Positions 8,767 to 18,605 of a stretch of DNA of 52,135 nt are shown here, one piece after another. The stretch is from a virus. Taxonomy: Duplodnaviria; Caudoviricetes. Each line of letters starts with the position of its first letter. Within the stretch, counting starts at the first letter, position 1. The notes beneath the pieces are model-generated. The model had not been told where the DNA came from and made no database searches. It worked only from the letters and a program-made list of their open reading frames with translations. The translations under genes and the position numbers were made by a program. The stretch spans positions 1 to 52,135 of the IMG/VR virus record IMGVR_UViG_3300044675_006493, one strand, 5' to 3'.

Positions 8767-9669
8767 ATGCCTCGCATTAACAATCTCTCACCGCTATCCG
8801 TTTACCCGGGTTCCAAACGCAAAGTAGTTGATCTGATTTGGGAACGATTCGGAACTGTTAATCGTTATGTCGAATCTTTCCTAGGCTCAGGTGCAGTTTG
8901 GCTAGGACGGCCCGGAGAAAATCTGAACGGATACGGTGAGATTGTTAATGATCGATCAGGTTTGATTGTTAATGTTTGGCGTTCAATGGTTCAAGATCCA
9001 GAGCAGTTAGCAACGATTGTTGATTGGCCGGGAACAACCAATGATTTGGAAGCAAGGCAAAAGGCTTGTTTTAACGCCGCCGAAGGTTTGTCGCAAAAGT
9101 TGGAAGAAGACCCAACTTATTGCGATGTTCAACTTGCCGCATGGACTGTTTACGGTTTGAGTTGGGCTACGCACGCAAGATCTTTTATGAACGATGGCCA
9201 TTGTCGTGTTGGACGACCTTCTGCTACACCTGCTGGGGCGCACGCGGTTAGCAGGCCACCTATGCACGAATGGTTTGCAGAAATTAAAGAGCGCACCAAA
9301 AAGGCCGTCATTCTTTGCGACGACTGGAAAAAGTCTGTGACGCCAGCGTTGTTACACAGCGGCAAGAACGACATTTGCGCTGTTTTCCTTGATCCTCCTT
9401 ATGGGGAAGATCGACGCACGAACCTTTATCAGGTTGATTCAAAAACTGTTTACATGGAAGTTCTTGAATGGGCCATCGCAAACGCTGAGAACAACCGCAT
9501 CAGGATTTGTGTGGCAGGTTATGACGGCGAACATAACGTTTTAGAGGAAATGGGTTGGGAAGTTCTTGCTTGGTCTTCTGCCCAAGGCGGAGAAAGTCGC
9601 CACAAGGAACGTTTGTGGTTTTCCCCTTCTTGCATTAATGCCTCGGCAGGAGGCTTGTTTGATGGGTGA
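8767..9669 (+). CDS. N6-adenine DNA methyltransferase (Dam/D12-like)
   Basis: YPGSK, YVESFLGSGAV (motif I), EIVND, FLDPPY (motif IV). Confidence 0.85.
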   Translation: MPRINNLSPLSVYPGSKRKVVDLIWERFGTVNRYVESFLGSGAVWLGRPGENLNGYGEIVNDRSGLIVNVWRSMVQDPEQLATIVDWPGTTNDLEARQKACFNAAEGLSQKLEEDPTYCDVQLAAWTVYGLSWATHARSFMNDGHCRVGRPSATPAGAHAVSRPPMHEWFAEIKERTKKAVILCDDWKKSVTPALLHSGKNDICAVFLDPPYGEDRRTNLYQVDSKTVYMEVLEWAIANAENNRIRICVAGYDGEHNVLEEMGWEVLAWSSAQGGESRHKERLWFSPSCINASAGGLFDG

Positions 9670-10138
9670 AGAGGAACAACTTCCTTATCAGGGGCCTCAA
9701 AAAGGTGCCTGTGAGGGCAACACTGCAAAATGTAGTCGTGACGACTGTCCCCTATTTGGCACTTTGCTAAAACCCAATAAAGACGGCAAGCGCCGCATTC
9801 GTGGATGTGGAGATGCTGTTGCTAGGGGAAAGCGCGCTAGGACTAAAGGCAAACGGGCGCAGCGTAAGGTCGCCAACAAGTTGGGCATTCCTTCCGGAAT
9901 CGACGGGGGGAACGAAGAGACTTGGCGTTCTTCTTTGAGGATCGAAGTTAAGGAAGGCAAGCAGGTTCAGGCTGCTGTTACTGCCTTTCGTAGGACAAGA
10001 GATCAATCAGAATTGGCGCGCCCTATAGGCGACAACAGACCTTTCATGGGTGTTGTCGTTCATGAAGGTCTTGAAGTGTGCTTGATTGCTTTGGATGATT
10101 TGCATACGGTCGCTGCACACGTTTTGTTGCAAGATTGA
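9662..10138 (+). CDS. Putative Holliday-junction resolvase-like PD-(D/E)xK nuclease
   Basis: RTKGKRAQRKVA...IEVK motif; N-terminal Cys cluster. Confidence 0.55.
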   Translation: MGEEEQLPYQGPQKGACEGNTAKCSRDDCPLFGTLLKPNKDGKRRIRGCGDAVARGKRARTKGKRAQRKVANKLGIPSGIDGGNEETWRSSLRIEVKEGKQVQAAVTAFRRTRDQSELARPIGDNRPFMGVVVHEGLEVCLIALDDLHTVAAHVLLQD

Positions 10139-10158
10139 TTCTGGGGGAATGTGGGGAG

Positions 10159-10500
10159 ATGCATGAATGGATGGAAAGGGCGGCGTGCAAAAATTCAGAT
10201 CCCGACGATTGGTTCCCTTTGGAATATTCCATGCGTCACGAAAACAACATGACGCGAATTTGTATTGAGCAATGCGAAGTTCAGGAACAATGCCTTGAAT
10301 ACGCATTGGTGTCCAAAGAAACGCTCGGGATTTGGGGTGGCTTCAGTCCTGCTGAACTTAAAGGCATCAGGACAAAACGGTACAGCAGATGTTGTAAATG
10401 TGGTCAGAGATGGCCGAAGGCACGCTTGACGTATGAAACAACGTGTAGACCTTGCAAGATCAAAGAAATGGACGAAAGGGACGCGAGGAAAAGAAAATGA
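10159..10500 (+). CDS. whiB: WhiB-family transcription factor with a C-terminal Cys-rich extension
   Basis: AAC....D.WFP...IC..C.V.EQCLEYAL...GIWGG; extra CKCG...CRPC. Start codon uncertain. Confidence 0.9.
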   Translation: MHEWMERAACKNSDPDDWFPLEYSMRHENNMTRICIEQCEVQEQCLEYALVSKETLGIWGGFSPAELKGIRTKRYSRCCKCGQRWPKARLTYETTCRPCKIKEMDERDARKRK

Positions 10501-10700
10501 TAATCATTCTCATTTTTGCCATGCTGTTTGTATCGGTTGCGGCGTTTTTGCTGGGTCAAAGTTTTTTCGCTGAATACATTGAGGCAGTCGAATGGAACCG
10601 CGAATCACTTAATTCCATGTTGATTTCAAGTCTGCTTTTTGCTGTTTCTGGGCTTTCGTTCTTGGGTGCAGTTCTATACTCAATTAGTTTTATGCTGTAG
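10497..10700 (+). CDS. Small membrane protein
   Basis: Two hydrophobic segments; ATGA overlap. Confidence 0.55.
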   Translation: MIIILIFAMLFVSVAAFLLGQSFFAEYIEAVEWNRESLNSMLISSLLFAVSGLSFLGAVLYSISFML

Positions 10701-10712
10701 AATCTTAGTATG
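10698..10712 (+). promoter_or_regulatory. -10 box of a probable leaderless terS transcript
   Basis: TAGAAT-6 nt-ATG with no SD. Confidence 0.55.
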
Positions 10713-11156
10713 AGCGCAGGAAAACTCAACGATAAAGTCCATGAGGCGATTGTTGAATCGGTTCGCCACGGGTCCTACATAACTGTTGCCGCCCAAAGCG
10801 CAGGCATCAACGTGACCACATTTCGCAATTGGCTGGAACGTGGAGAAATGGAGGAGGCGCGAATCGCCGAAGGGTTTGACGCCGATCCTAACGAAGCCAA
10901 ATATCTTGCTTTTAAACGAGACGTGGATTCAGCAAGGTCGCAGGCAGAGATTGAATCTGTCAAGGCAGTGAGAATGGCTTCTCGAAACGGTACTTGGCAG
11001 GCAGCGGCGTGGTATCTTGAACGCAGTTTCCCCCAGCGTTGGGGCAGGAACCGCATCGAAGAGATCATCGAAGAAAAGGAAGAAGCCGATCCAGATCTTG
11101 CGTTGACAAAACTTCTCGCAAAACTGGAATCGCTAGACAACAGCAATGAGCATTAG
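10710..11156 (+). CDS. terS: Terminase small subunit
   Basis: HTH (AAQSAGINVTTFRNWLERG) and WQAAAWYLERSFPQRWG; overlaps terL. Confidence 0.8.
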   Translation: MSAGKLNDKVHEAIVESVRHGSYITVAAQSAGINVTTFRNWLERGEMEEARIAEGFDADPNEAKYLAFKRDVDSARSQAEIESVKAVRMASRNGTWQAAAWYLERSFPQRWGRNRIEEIIEEKEEADPDLALTKLLAKLESLDNSNEH

Positions 11157-12591
11157 TCCTGCACAAAAAATTGCACTTCTTTCTCCAGAAGAGAAACTCC
11201 AACTTCTAAATGAATTGTCTGACGAAGAACGTCAGGCCCTAGAAGATTACTGGCCCTTTTGGGCGCGTGAAGAGCAATTGCCTCCAGAAGGCTCTTGGTC
11301 TGTTTGGCTTTTCATGGCAGGTCGTGGTGCTGGCAAAACTCGTTCTGGTGCTGAATGGGTCAAACATCGATGCTCAACTTTGGACGTTCCGGGTGGAGTT
11401 CCTCGTGGTGCTTTGGTTGCACCAACACTTGAAAACGTCAGATTGGTTATGGTGGAAGGCGAGTCAGGTCTTCTGCGCGTTTTGCCGCCGTCCATGCTGG
11501 TGAACGGTTCGGTAGAAGATTCTTGGAACCGTGTTGCTTGCGAATTGACGTTGGCGAACGGTGCAAAGATGAAGGGATTCAGCGCTGAGAAGGCGGCTAG
11601 GTTGCGCGGCCCGCAGCACCACTTTGTTTGGTTGGACGAACCAGCAGAGTTCCGTGACGCTCATCTTGGCCTTAAAGAAGACACTACTTTTGCTATGGCT
11701 TTGATTGGTTGTCGTTTGCCTCCAGATCCTCGTTTGATGGCTACGGGTACACCAAAGAACGTTCGTTTAATTCATGATCTTTTGGGTGACTCTGGGACTG
11801 TGGTTACTAGAGGAACCACTTACGACAATCTGATTAACCTTGGTTCTGAATATCGTCAACGAATCCTTGAACGCTACGAGGGGACGAGGCTGGGTCGTCA
11901 GGAATTGATGGCTGAACTTTTGACAGACGCAGGAGCGGTTTTTACGCGTTCTTGGTTTCCTCAAACGACTGTTCCCCTTCAGGGTCCTAGCGTGAAAAGG
12001 ATTCGTGCTTGGGACTTGGCTGCGACAGAACCATCGGACGGCAATCCTGATCCTGACTGGACGGTTGGCGCTATGGTCGCTTGGGATCCTCTGAAAATGG
12101 TTGAGGGTTCAGAAGTGCCGGGTGTGTTGCAAATCCAAGACATTGCCCGTTGGAGATTGGGTCCGGGTGCAACACAGGACAAAGTTTTGCGCCATACAAA
12201 AGTTGATGCCTTGCCGCGTGTCCTCATTGAAAAAGAACCGGGTTCTGCTGGCAAGTCGTTGATTTCCGCTTATGGAAGAGCGATGTCAGGTCTGGCCAGA
12301 GTTGAAGGCATCGCCCCTAGCGGAGATAAGCAGACGAGGGCGGAGGTCTGGTCGCTTTTGGCCGAGCAGGGGCGTGTCACCGTTTTGGAAGGTGACTGGA
12401 TTCCAGATTTTTACAACGAGTTGGAAGAATTCCCTATGGGTGCGCACGATGACCAAATCGACGCTGTTTCTTTGGCGGCGGCTTGGTTGACAGGTAGACG
12501 TGCTGCTCGGAGACGCCAAAAGGTTCCTGCTTCGAAACTTCAATTAGGAAAAACTCGCATCTCCAGTAAACCAATTGCTAGATTGCGCTAG
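11146..12591 (+). CDS. terL: Terminase large subunit
   Basis: Walker A GRGAGKT, LRGPQ, Walker B WLDE; nuclease motifs AWDLAA and HDDQIDA. Confidence 0.95.
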   Translation: MSISPAQKIALLSPEEKLQLLNELSDEERQALEDYWPFWAREEQLPPEGSWSVWLFMAGRGAGKTRSGAEWVKHRCSTLDVPGGVPRGALVAPTLENVRLVMVEGESGLLRVLPPSMLVNGSVEDSWNRVACELTLANGAKMKGFSAEKAARLRGPQHHFVWLDEPAEFRDAHLGLKEDTTFAMALIGCRLPPDPRLMATGTPKNVRLIHDLLGDSGTVVTRGTTYDNLINLGSEYRQRILERYEGTRLGRQELMAELLTDAGAVFTRSWFPQTTVPLQGPSVKRIRAWDLAATEPSDGNPDPDWTVGAMVAWDPLKMVEGSEVPGVLQIQDIARWRLGPGATQDKVLRHTKVDALPRVLIEKEPGSAGKSLISAYGRAMSGLARVEGIAPSGDKQTRAEVWSLLAEQGRVTVLEGDWIPDFYNELEEFPMGAHDDQIDAVSLAAAWLTGRRAARRRQKVPASKLQLGKTRISSKPIARLR

Positions 12592-12600
12592 AATCTAACC

Positions 12601-12837
12601 ATGACTACAATTAACGGTTGTACAGTTACTTCTGAAGACGGTTCTGTTATTTTCAAGCGTCAAAGGGTTGCTGTCGAAGATGGTGGAAGATTCACGTCTG
12701 TTGATCGCAGGACAGGGCGTGTCCGTTTGGATGCGTCGAATGCTTCCTTGGAAAAGACTGGAAAGAATCGTTGGGTTCTTTCTTCCCCTGAAGGGAATTT
12801 TGTGATTACGAAATCAGGGTGTGGGTGTGGCCGCTAA
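12601..12837 (+). CDS. Small hypothetical protein with a C-terminal GCGCG motif
   Basis: Preceded by TAGAAT-6 nt-ATG (12589-12603). Confidence 0.6.
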   Translation: MTTINGCTVTSEDGSVIFKRQRVAVEDGGRFTSVDRRTGRVRLDASNASLEKTGKNRWVLSSPEGNFVITKSGCGCGR

Positions 12838-13759
12838 AGCCAAAGTTGCTGTTGTAGGCAACCCCAATTGGAAATGGAACGCTGAATCTGATTGGATCGA
12901 CGCTTTTCGCAATGAGGGGCACCAAGCAAAAATTGTTGATGAGGTTCTTTCTCCAAAAGACATTCTCGCTTCTGTAAAGGATTGCGACGTTGTTTTGTGG
13001 ATCTCATCTAGGGGCAATCACACCAAAGAATTTGTCAGGGACATTTCTTCCAAGAGGCGCACGGTTGCTTGGCACGCCGATTTGTTTTGGGGTTTGAGCC
13101 GTCCCAATTGGCAGGATTCCTGTATGTGGGCCTGCGATTTGGTTTTTACCGCCGATGGGGGTCACGAAAAAGAATGGGAAGAAATGGGCGTGAACCATTT
13201 CTGGATGCTTCCCGCCGTGAGAGAAGTCTGGACGAAATCCAACGGCATCCTTAAACAGAAATTTGATTGCGATGTTGCTTTTGTTGGCAACGATGGTCGT
13301 TCCTATCACAAGGAATGGCCTTATCGTTCAGAATTGATTTCTGCTTTGAGGGACATGTGTCTGAAAAACGGTTGGAGTTTCAGAAACCCGGGTGGTTCTT
13401 CTCCTAGGGTGGAACGCAACCGCCAAATGAATGATTTTTATAGATCTGCCCGCGTCACTGTTGGGGATAGCCTTTGTCTAGATTATGACAAATCTCTATA
13501 TTGGTCGGATCGTGTCTACGAAGCGTGTGGTAGGCGAGGTTTTCTGATCATGCCCCACATTGACGCCCTAGAGGCCCAAAGCGAAAATAGAGTCCCTTCC
13601 TACCAGTGGGGGGACTGGAACGGCTTAGAGAGCAAAATAGGGGCCTTTCTGGGCAATCCTGACGAACGTTCTACGATTAGCGGGAACTGCCGTGCTTGGG
13701 TGGCGGAAAACCATACCTATAATCATCGTGTGCGTTCTTTGTTGGCGATGCTGCCTTAA
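12821..13759 (+). CDS. Glycosyltransferase (CgeB/GT-B-like)
   Basis: DVAFVG...R..L...MNDFYRSARVTVG...YWSDRVYEACG.GFLI...HTYNHRV. Confidence 0.85.
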   Translation: MGVAAKAKVAVVGNPNWKWNAESDWIDAFRNEGHQAKIVDEVLSPKDILASVKDCDVVLWISSRGNHTKEFVRDISSKRRTVAWHADLFWGLSRPNWQDSCMWACDLVFTADGGHEKEWEEMGVNHFWMLPAVREVWTKSNGILKQKFDCDVAFVGNDGRSYHKEWPYRSELISALRDMCLKNGWSFRNPGGSSPRVERNRQMNDFYRSARVTVGDSLCLDYDKSLYWSDRVYEACGRRGFLIMPHIDALEAQSENRVPSYQWGDWNGLESKIGAFLGNPDERSTISGNCRAWVAENHTYNHRVRSLLAMLP

Positions 13760-13776
13760 CAACGTGAAATAGGAAT

Positions 13777-14799
13777 TTGGGGAAACAAATGCGGCTAGGA
13801 ATGCTCGTCAGGGACGACAACGGCGGATTGGGAAATCTTACCTATGACGCTTTTTCTAATTTGAGGCCAGACGTTACTGTCATAGTTCAGTCACGACCCT
13901 GTAGGGGAGAACCAAGACCCCACCTGTTCGAAGAAGCATGGACAGAAACAATCTGTGTCGAAAACCCAATTACTGACGCCCAGTGGGAGACAATCGCCCC
14001 TAAAGCAGACATTTGGTGGACAGCAGAAACTTGGTACAACGACAACGCAGAATCAATTATTAAAAAGGCTGGAGGGAAAACCGTTCTTTATGCGATGCCA
14101 GAACTGTTTTCTGGTTCGTCAGCAGATCAAATTTGGAACCCAACCCAATATCTTCAAAACAGGCTTCCCCTTAATTCCAAAGTCGTTCCTTGGCCAACAT
14201 CACCGCCAGAAAATTGGTTCCCTAAAACCAAAGTATCCAAAATCCTCCATATCTCAGGCGGCGCACAATACGACCGAAACGGGACAGAGATCTTTCTTGA
14301 TTCTTTGCAATACGTTGAAGGTGAATGCGAAATTATTCTTCATCAACCCGATGGAAAGAATCTCACCACGAATCTTCATCGCAGGAAATTCGCAAAAGGA
14401 ATCAAGATCAACCACAGCACGGACTACGAAAAGTCTCTCAACTCTTACATGAGATGGGCAGACGCGCTTGTCCTACCTCGTCGTTACGCCGGTCTTTGTC
14501 TCCCAGCATTTGAAGCGTTCGGCTATGGATGCCTTGTGGCAATGCCTGAAGTTGATCCGCAGGCGTTTTGGCCCATCATTGGTTTTCAGGCGATAAAGGA
14601 ACGTCCTCGCTTGATGAAGGGTGGGAAAATCCCCATGTGGAACATGGAACCCTTTGTTCTCGCCAAACAAATAAATGTCATGCTTGAATGGGACGTTCCA
14701 ACAGTCGTAAGGCTCTCAGAGGAAGGGCGAACTTGGGCTGAAAAGAACTCTTGGGAAAACCTTCTTGAAACATGGAAGACGGCTTTCCAGAATGTTTAG
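13777..14799 (+). CDS. Glycosyltransferase (GT4-like)
   Basis: DNGGLG, LHISG...DRNGTE, ADALVLPRRYAGLCLPAFEA.G.G. Confidence 0.8.
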   Translation: MGKQMRLGMLVRDDNGGLGNLTYDAFSNLRPDVTVIVQSRPCRGEPRPHLFEEAWTETICVENPITDAQWETIAPKADIWWTAETWYNDNAESIIKKAGGKTVLYAMPELFSGSSADQIWNPTQYLQNRLPLNSKVVPWPTSPPENWFPKTKVSKILHISGGAQYDRNGTEIFLDSLQYVEGECEIILHQPDGKNLTTNLHRRKFAKGIKINHSTDYEKSLNSYMRWADALVLPRRYAGLCLPAFEAFGYGCLVAMPEVDPQAFWPIIGFQAIKERPRLMKGGKIPMWNMEPFVLAKQINVMLEWDVPTVVRLSEEGRTWAEKNSWENLLETWKTAFQNV

Positions 14800-15340
14800 A
14801 TACCGGGATAAAACGCTTCGACATTTTTGGCATCCGTACAACTGGACCCACACAAACGAGAGGCAAGTAGAACTTCCCGTTGTTTTTGATTGGTTGAGCA
14901 GGCGTTCGGGTTCAGGGCTTGAAGTAGGAAACGTAACGCCCAACTACATTTCAACAAACCATCATGTAATCGACATTGTTGAAAAGCATGATCACGTTGA
15001 TAACACAAATCTATTCGATATTGAAGGAACTTACGATTGGATTCTGGCAATCTCAACAATTGAACATGTTGGATGGGACAACGAAATAGGTAAGCGAAAT
15101 CCGTTTGAAGCCATTTGTCATCTGCTTTCACTACTCGCTCCAAATGGGTCCATGATGGTTACCGTCCCCGTTGGCTACAACTGGACGTTGGATCAAGACC
15201 TAACAGAGGGGACTGGTGCAGATAGATGGGGTTGCGTTTATCGCAGTCAAGGAGAATGGGAATACAAAGAAGGCTTCAAATGGGAGCCGTACACAATTGG
15301 GGCTTGCTCCGTGTGGTTTGGTGAATGGGGACCAGAATGA
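14792..15340 (+). CDS. SAM-dependent methyltransferase-like protein
   Basis: NERQVELP, GLEVGNV, YDWILAISTIEHVG, LAPNG.MMVTVP. Confidence 0.65.
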   Translation: MFRYRDKTLRHFWHPYNWTHTNERQVELPVVFDWLSRRSGSGLEVGNVTPNYISTNHHVIDIVEKHDHVDNTNLFDIEGTYDWILAISTIEHVGWDNEIGKRNPFEAICHLLSLLAPNGSMMVTVPVGYNWTLDQDLTEGTGADRWGCVYRSQGEWEYKEGFKWEPYTIGACSVWFGEWGPE

Positions 15341-15777
15341 AAGTCAATTTGGGTTGCGGGAAAGACATTAAAAAGAACTGGGTTAACTGCGATCAGCATC
15401 CCCTAGAGGGCGTAAACGTCGTAATGAACCTTGACGAGTTCCCATGGCCGTTCGAAGACTCGTCCGTTGACGAAATCTTTGCTTCCCACGTATTCGAACA
15501 TGTTGGCAAACCAATTGAGTTCGTTTTGGAGTGTTGGAGAATCCTGAAAAAGGGGGGTAAGGCAACCATTGTTTGTCCTCACTGGACTTCAGAAAACGCC
15601 TTTACCGATCCGACACACGTTAGATTCGTGACAGATCGCACCTTTGATTACTGGTGTGAAGGAGAAATGTTGAACGGGCCTTTGGGGGCACAGTTCCTAG
15701 GCGACACATTTAAATTCAGAAAACAAAATGTTCGTCGCAACGGAGGCGACATCATCTTTTTCCTCAGGAAAATTTGA
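15337..15777 (+). CDS. Class I SAM-dependent methyltransferase (Methyltransf_11-like)
   Basis: VNLGCG, PWPFEDSSVDEIFASHVFEH, RILKKGG, DPTH. Confidence 0.85.
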   Translation: MKVNLGCGKDIKKNWVNCDQHPLEGVNVVMNLDEFPWPFEDSSVDEIFASHVFEHVGKPIEFVLECWRILKKGGKATIVCPHWTSENAFTDPTHVRFVTDRTFDYWCEGEMLNGPLGAQFLGDTFKFRKQNVRRNGGDIIFFLRKI

Positions 15778-15778
15778 A

Positions 15779-16840
15779 ATGAAGATTCACGCTCTTGCTT
15801 CCTTCAAACACTACATCGACCATATAGCCCCAATCTGGCGTTCGCTTGATCCTGACCTCACGGGAAATTTCGTAGTTAACAATTTGGCGATGAGCAGGTA
15901 CGCGGAATCCCTAGGGATCTACGCCCAACCCATGAAGCAGGCAGGTCGCCTCAACTTTGCCCTCAGGACACAAGACCCAATTTTGGTTGCTGGTTATACC
16001 GACCTTCAAAAGGTCCACAAGCGCCCCATCGTTTTTATCGAACACGGGGCGGGACAAACATACATTAGGAATGATGGCAGCATCCACGGCGGATACTCGG
16101 GTGGAGTCAACAGGGACAAGATTGGCTTCTACGTTTGCCCCAACGAAACGGTCTTGCAACGCAACTTGAAGGCTTATCCTGATGCACAAGGCATCGCTGT
16201 TGGAAGTCCCCGCTTAGATGATCTGTCTTTCGAACGAAAACTGGCAGCGCCTAGAAACGAACTAAACATAGGCATTGCTTTCCACTGGGATTGCAACATC
16301 GCTCCAGAGGCAGGCTCAGCGTTCTCCGACTTCTATTACAAGATTCCAGAATTTGTGAAATACGCCCAGACATGCGGAATGAACATTGTGGGGCACGGCC
16401 ATCCTCGTGCATGGTCCTATCTTTACGGTTGGTGGAAGGACCAAAAAGTCAGAACTGAATCTGACTGGTTGAAGGTGAGTTCAGAAATCGATTTGCTTAT
16501 CATCGACAACAGTTCCATTCTTTTTGAAGCGGCGGCATTGGACATTCCGGTTGTTTTGATGGAATCAAGCAAGTGGCGTAAGAACGTTCATCACGGACTG
16601 AGATTCTGGGATTACGCAGATATAGGGCCGTCAGTCACCAAAGACGACGATCTTGGCGAAGCGATATCTGAAGCGTTCCACAAAAAATACGCAAAACGCA
16701 GAAAAGAAGCCTCGTCTGCCGTGTATGCATGTCCGCCAATGCTGGATAGAATGTACCAATACTCATCCACTCAGGATAGGTTGTCCTCGCGCAGAGCCGC
16801 TGCCGAGATCATTCATTGGTGTCAGAAAGGAAAACGTTAG
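15779..16840 (+). CDS. GT-B fold glycosyl/phosphotransferase (TagF/capsule-synthesis-like)
   Basis: FIEHGAG, VGSPRLD, GHGHPR, DLLIIDNSSILFEAAALDIPVV. Confidence 0.7.
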   Translation: MKIHALASFKHYIDHIAPIWRSLDPDLTGNFVVNNLAMSRYAESLGIYAQPMKQAGRLNFALRTQDPILVAGYTDLQKVHKRPIVFIEHGAGQTYIRNDGSIHGGYSGGVNRDKIGFYVCPNETVLQRNLKAYPDAQGIAVGSPRLDDLSFERKLAAPRNELNIGIAFHWDCNIAPEAGSAFSDFYYKIPEFVKYAQTCGMNIVGHGHPRAWSYLYGWWKDQKVRTESDWLKVSSEIDLLIIDNSSILFEAAALDIPVVLMESSKWRKNVHHGLRFWDYADIGPSVTKDDDLGEAISEAFHKKYAKRRKEASSAVYACPPMLDRMYQYSSTQDRLSSRRAAAEIIHWCQKGKR

Positions 16841-17226
16841 TGGGAAACTGCGGGCAGATGAAGGGATACAACTCAGGTTGCCGTTGCGAAGAATGCACAG
16901 AAGCAAACCGTGTATACATGAGGGCCTACAGGGAACGTCAAAGAAAAGACTTTGACAAGGCTGTTATCAACTTTGAGAGTATCGACGAAGGAGATACTTC
17001 TTGGGTTAAGTTTGCGGCTTGCCAAAAAGAGGATACAGAAACCTTTTTCCCTCAACGGGGAGATTGGAAAATGGTCCAAAAAGCATTAGACATTTGTAAA
17101 ACCTGCACAGTTGTCGATGATTGTTTGGCTTATGCTCTTCGAACAGATCAGACGGTAGGTGTGTGGGGAGGAAAATCAGGAAGGGAACGTAGGGCCATGT
17201 CAGTTCTTATGAGGGAAACAGCATGA
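16840..17226 (+). CDS. whiB: WhiB-family transcription factor with an N-terminal GCRCxxC domain
   Basis: AAC..ED.ETFFP...ICKTC.V.DDCLAYAL...GVWGG; N-terminal GYNSGCRCEEC. Confidence 0.9.
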   Translation: MGNCGQMKGYNSGCRCEECTEANRVYMRAYRERQRKDFDKAVINFESIDEGDTSWVKFAACQKEDTETFFPQRGDWKMVQKALDICKTCTVVDDCLAYALRTDQTVGVWGGKSGRERRAMSVLMRETA

Positions 17227-17732
17227 ACTTGAACGATGATAGATCCTTGATGAGGGCTGCCTATTTGCAGGCTGCGACATCCCCAGACGTATCCACTCAA
17301 AATGGTGCTGTTCTAGTCGCTTGGGACGGAAGTGTTGTTTTTGGATGCAACAGTCTCCCCATGGGCGTTAGCCCAACGGAAGCACGATTGCAGGGAAGCG
17401 CCAAATACGACTGGACTGTTCACGCAGAACACGCCGTTCTTCTTCACGCGGCATCGCAAGGGGTTTCCACATTTGGGGCAACCGTATACGCCCCTTGGTT
17501 TGCCTGTGTTCGATGCGCTGTTTCCATGATCCATTCTGGAGTAACACGCGTTGTGGGACACGCCTCTTACCATCATGCAGCAGCATCACTCAATTCAAAA
17601 TGGAACGATTCCATCGAAATGGGAATTGACGCGCTGCAAGAAGCGGGAGTGGTGACCGAGTGGCTAGAAGGTCCCATCGAATACGCCCCACCTGTTCTTG
17701 TGGCAGGACGACTCTTTGATCCATGTCTGTAG
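17223..17732 (+). CDS. dCMP deaminase
   Basis: SPD.STQNGAVLV, HAE, and ACVRCA zinc-binding motifs. Confidence 0.85.
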   Translation: MNLNDDRSLMRAAYLQAATSPDVSTQNGAVLVAWDGSVVFGCNSLPMGVSPTEARLQGSAKYDWTVHAEHAVLLHAASQGVSTFGATVYAPWFACVRCAVSMIHSGVTRVVGHASYHHAAASLNSKWNDSIEMGIDALQEAGVVTEWLEGPIEYAPPVLVAGRLFDPCL

Positions 17733-18097
17733 GAGAAATGAATCAAAACGGCGAAGAAATGCGCAGGCTTTCATCCTTAATCGATGACGCCCTTGAAGAA
17801 TTGAAACGGTTTGCTGTAGATCTGGCAGAATCAGAAAACCGTTATCGGCACAGCAGAAGCAAAGCATGGGGAATGGTTTCCAAAACCACCGATGACGGTG
17901 TGAAAAGGCTTGCAGCAGAAATAGAAGCCGAGGTTGACGAACTGACAGCAGATCTCAGATTCGCACGAGATCGTGCAGATTACCTTAGGCAAGTTGCTCT
18001 AGAGGCTGTTCGATCACGCAGGCAGCAATTGTCGGCTTGGCAGTCGTGGGTCGCCGCCGAACGCGCAGAAGCAGAGTTTGTGAGAACGTCCCCATGA
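17723..18097 (+). CDS. Coiled-coil hypothetical protein (possibly UvsY-like)
   Basis: All-helical charged 124-aa ORF; family assignment is tentative. Confidence 0.5.
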   Translation: MSVGEMNQNGEEMRRLSSLIDDALEELKRFAVDLAESENRYRHSRSKAWGMVSKTTDDGVKRLAAEIEAEVDELTADLRFARDRADYLRQVALEAVRSRRQQLSAWQSWVAAERAEAEFVRTSP

Positions 18098-18399
18098 ACA
18101 CTTTTATCATCGACGCGCTAGCCGTTTACAGGCTTACCAGACTGGCGACAAGAGACACCATCACAGAGCAAATCAGAGAAGTAATCGCCAGCGAATTAGA
18201 CACGGCGCAAACATCTGGTTTAATAAGCAAAAACACCAGAGAAAAAATTGATTACCTTATGTCCTGCGATTGGTGCATGTCCATTTGGATCGCAGCAGTA
18301 GTAGTGGCATTAAAAAAATACGTGCCTGACGTGTGGAATAACCTAAGGTACGTTTTGGCAACGTCAGCAGTAACAGGTTTGATTGCGAGCAACGAATAA
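18094..18399 (+). CDS. DUF1360-like membrane protein
   Basis: LAVYRLTRL.TRDTIT..IR...L.SCDWCMSIW. Confidence 0.75.
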   Translation: MNTFIIDALAVYRLTRLATRDTITEQIREVIASELDTAQTSGLISKNTREKIDYLMSCDWCMSIWIAAVVVALKKYVPDVWNNLRYVLATSAVTGLIASNE

Positions 18400-18605
18400 T
18401 GCCCGGACCAAGACCAACAGCACCACTAGGAACAGTAAGTAGTTACAAGAGGGCCATCAGAAACGGCCTTCAACCAACCCCAGCCTGCAAAGCGGCATGG
18501 GCCGCATATCACAGAGATCTTTACCGCCGCCGCAAAATGCGTGCAACGCTACTCACGCAAGCCAATTCGGTCAGTTCCGAGAGCAGTCGTCAGGCGAGCG
18601 ATTGA
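18399..18605 (+). CDS. Small basic hypothetical protein
   Basis: GTVSSYKR..R.G..P..ACKAA pattern common in actinophages; TAATG overlap. Confidence 0.55.
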   Translation: MPGPRPTAPLGTVSSYKRAIRNGLQPTPACKAAWAAYHRDLYRRRKMRATLLTQANSVSSESSRQASD

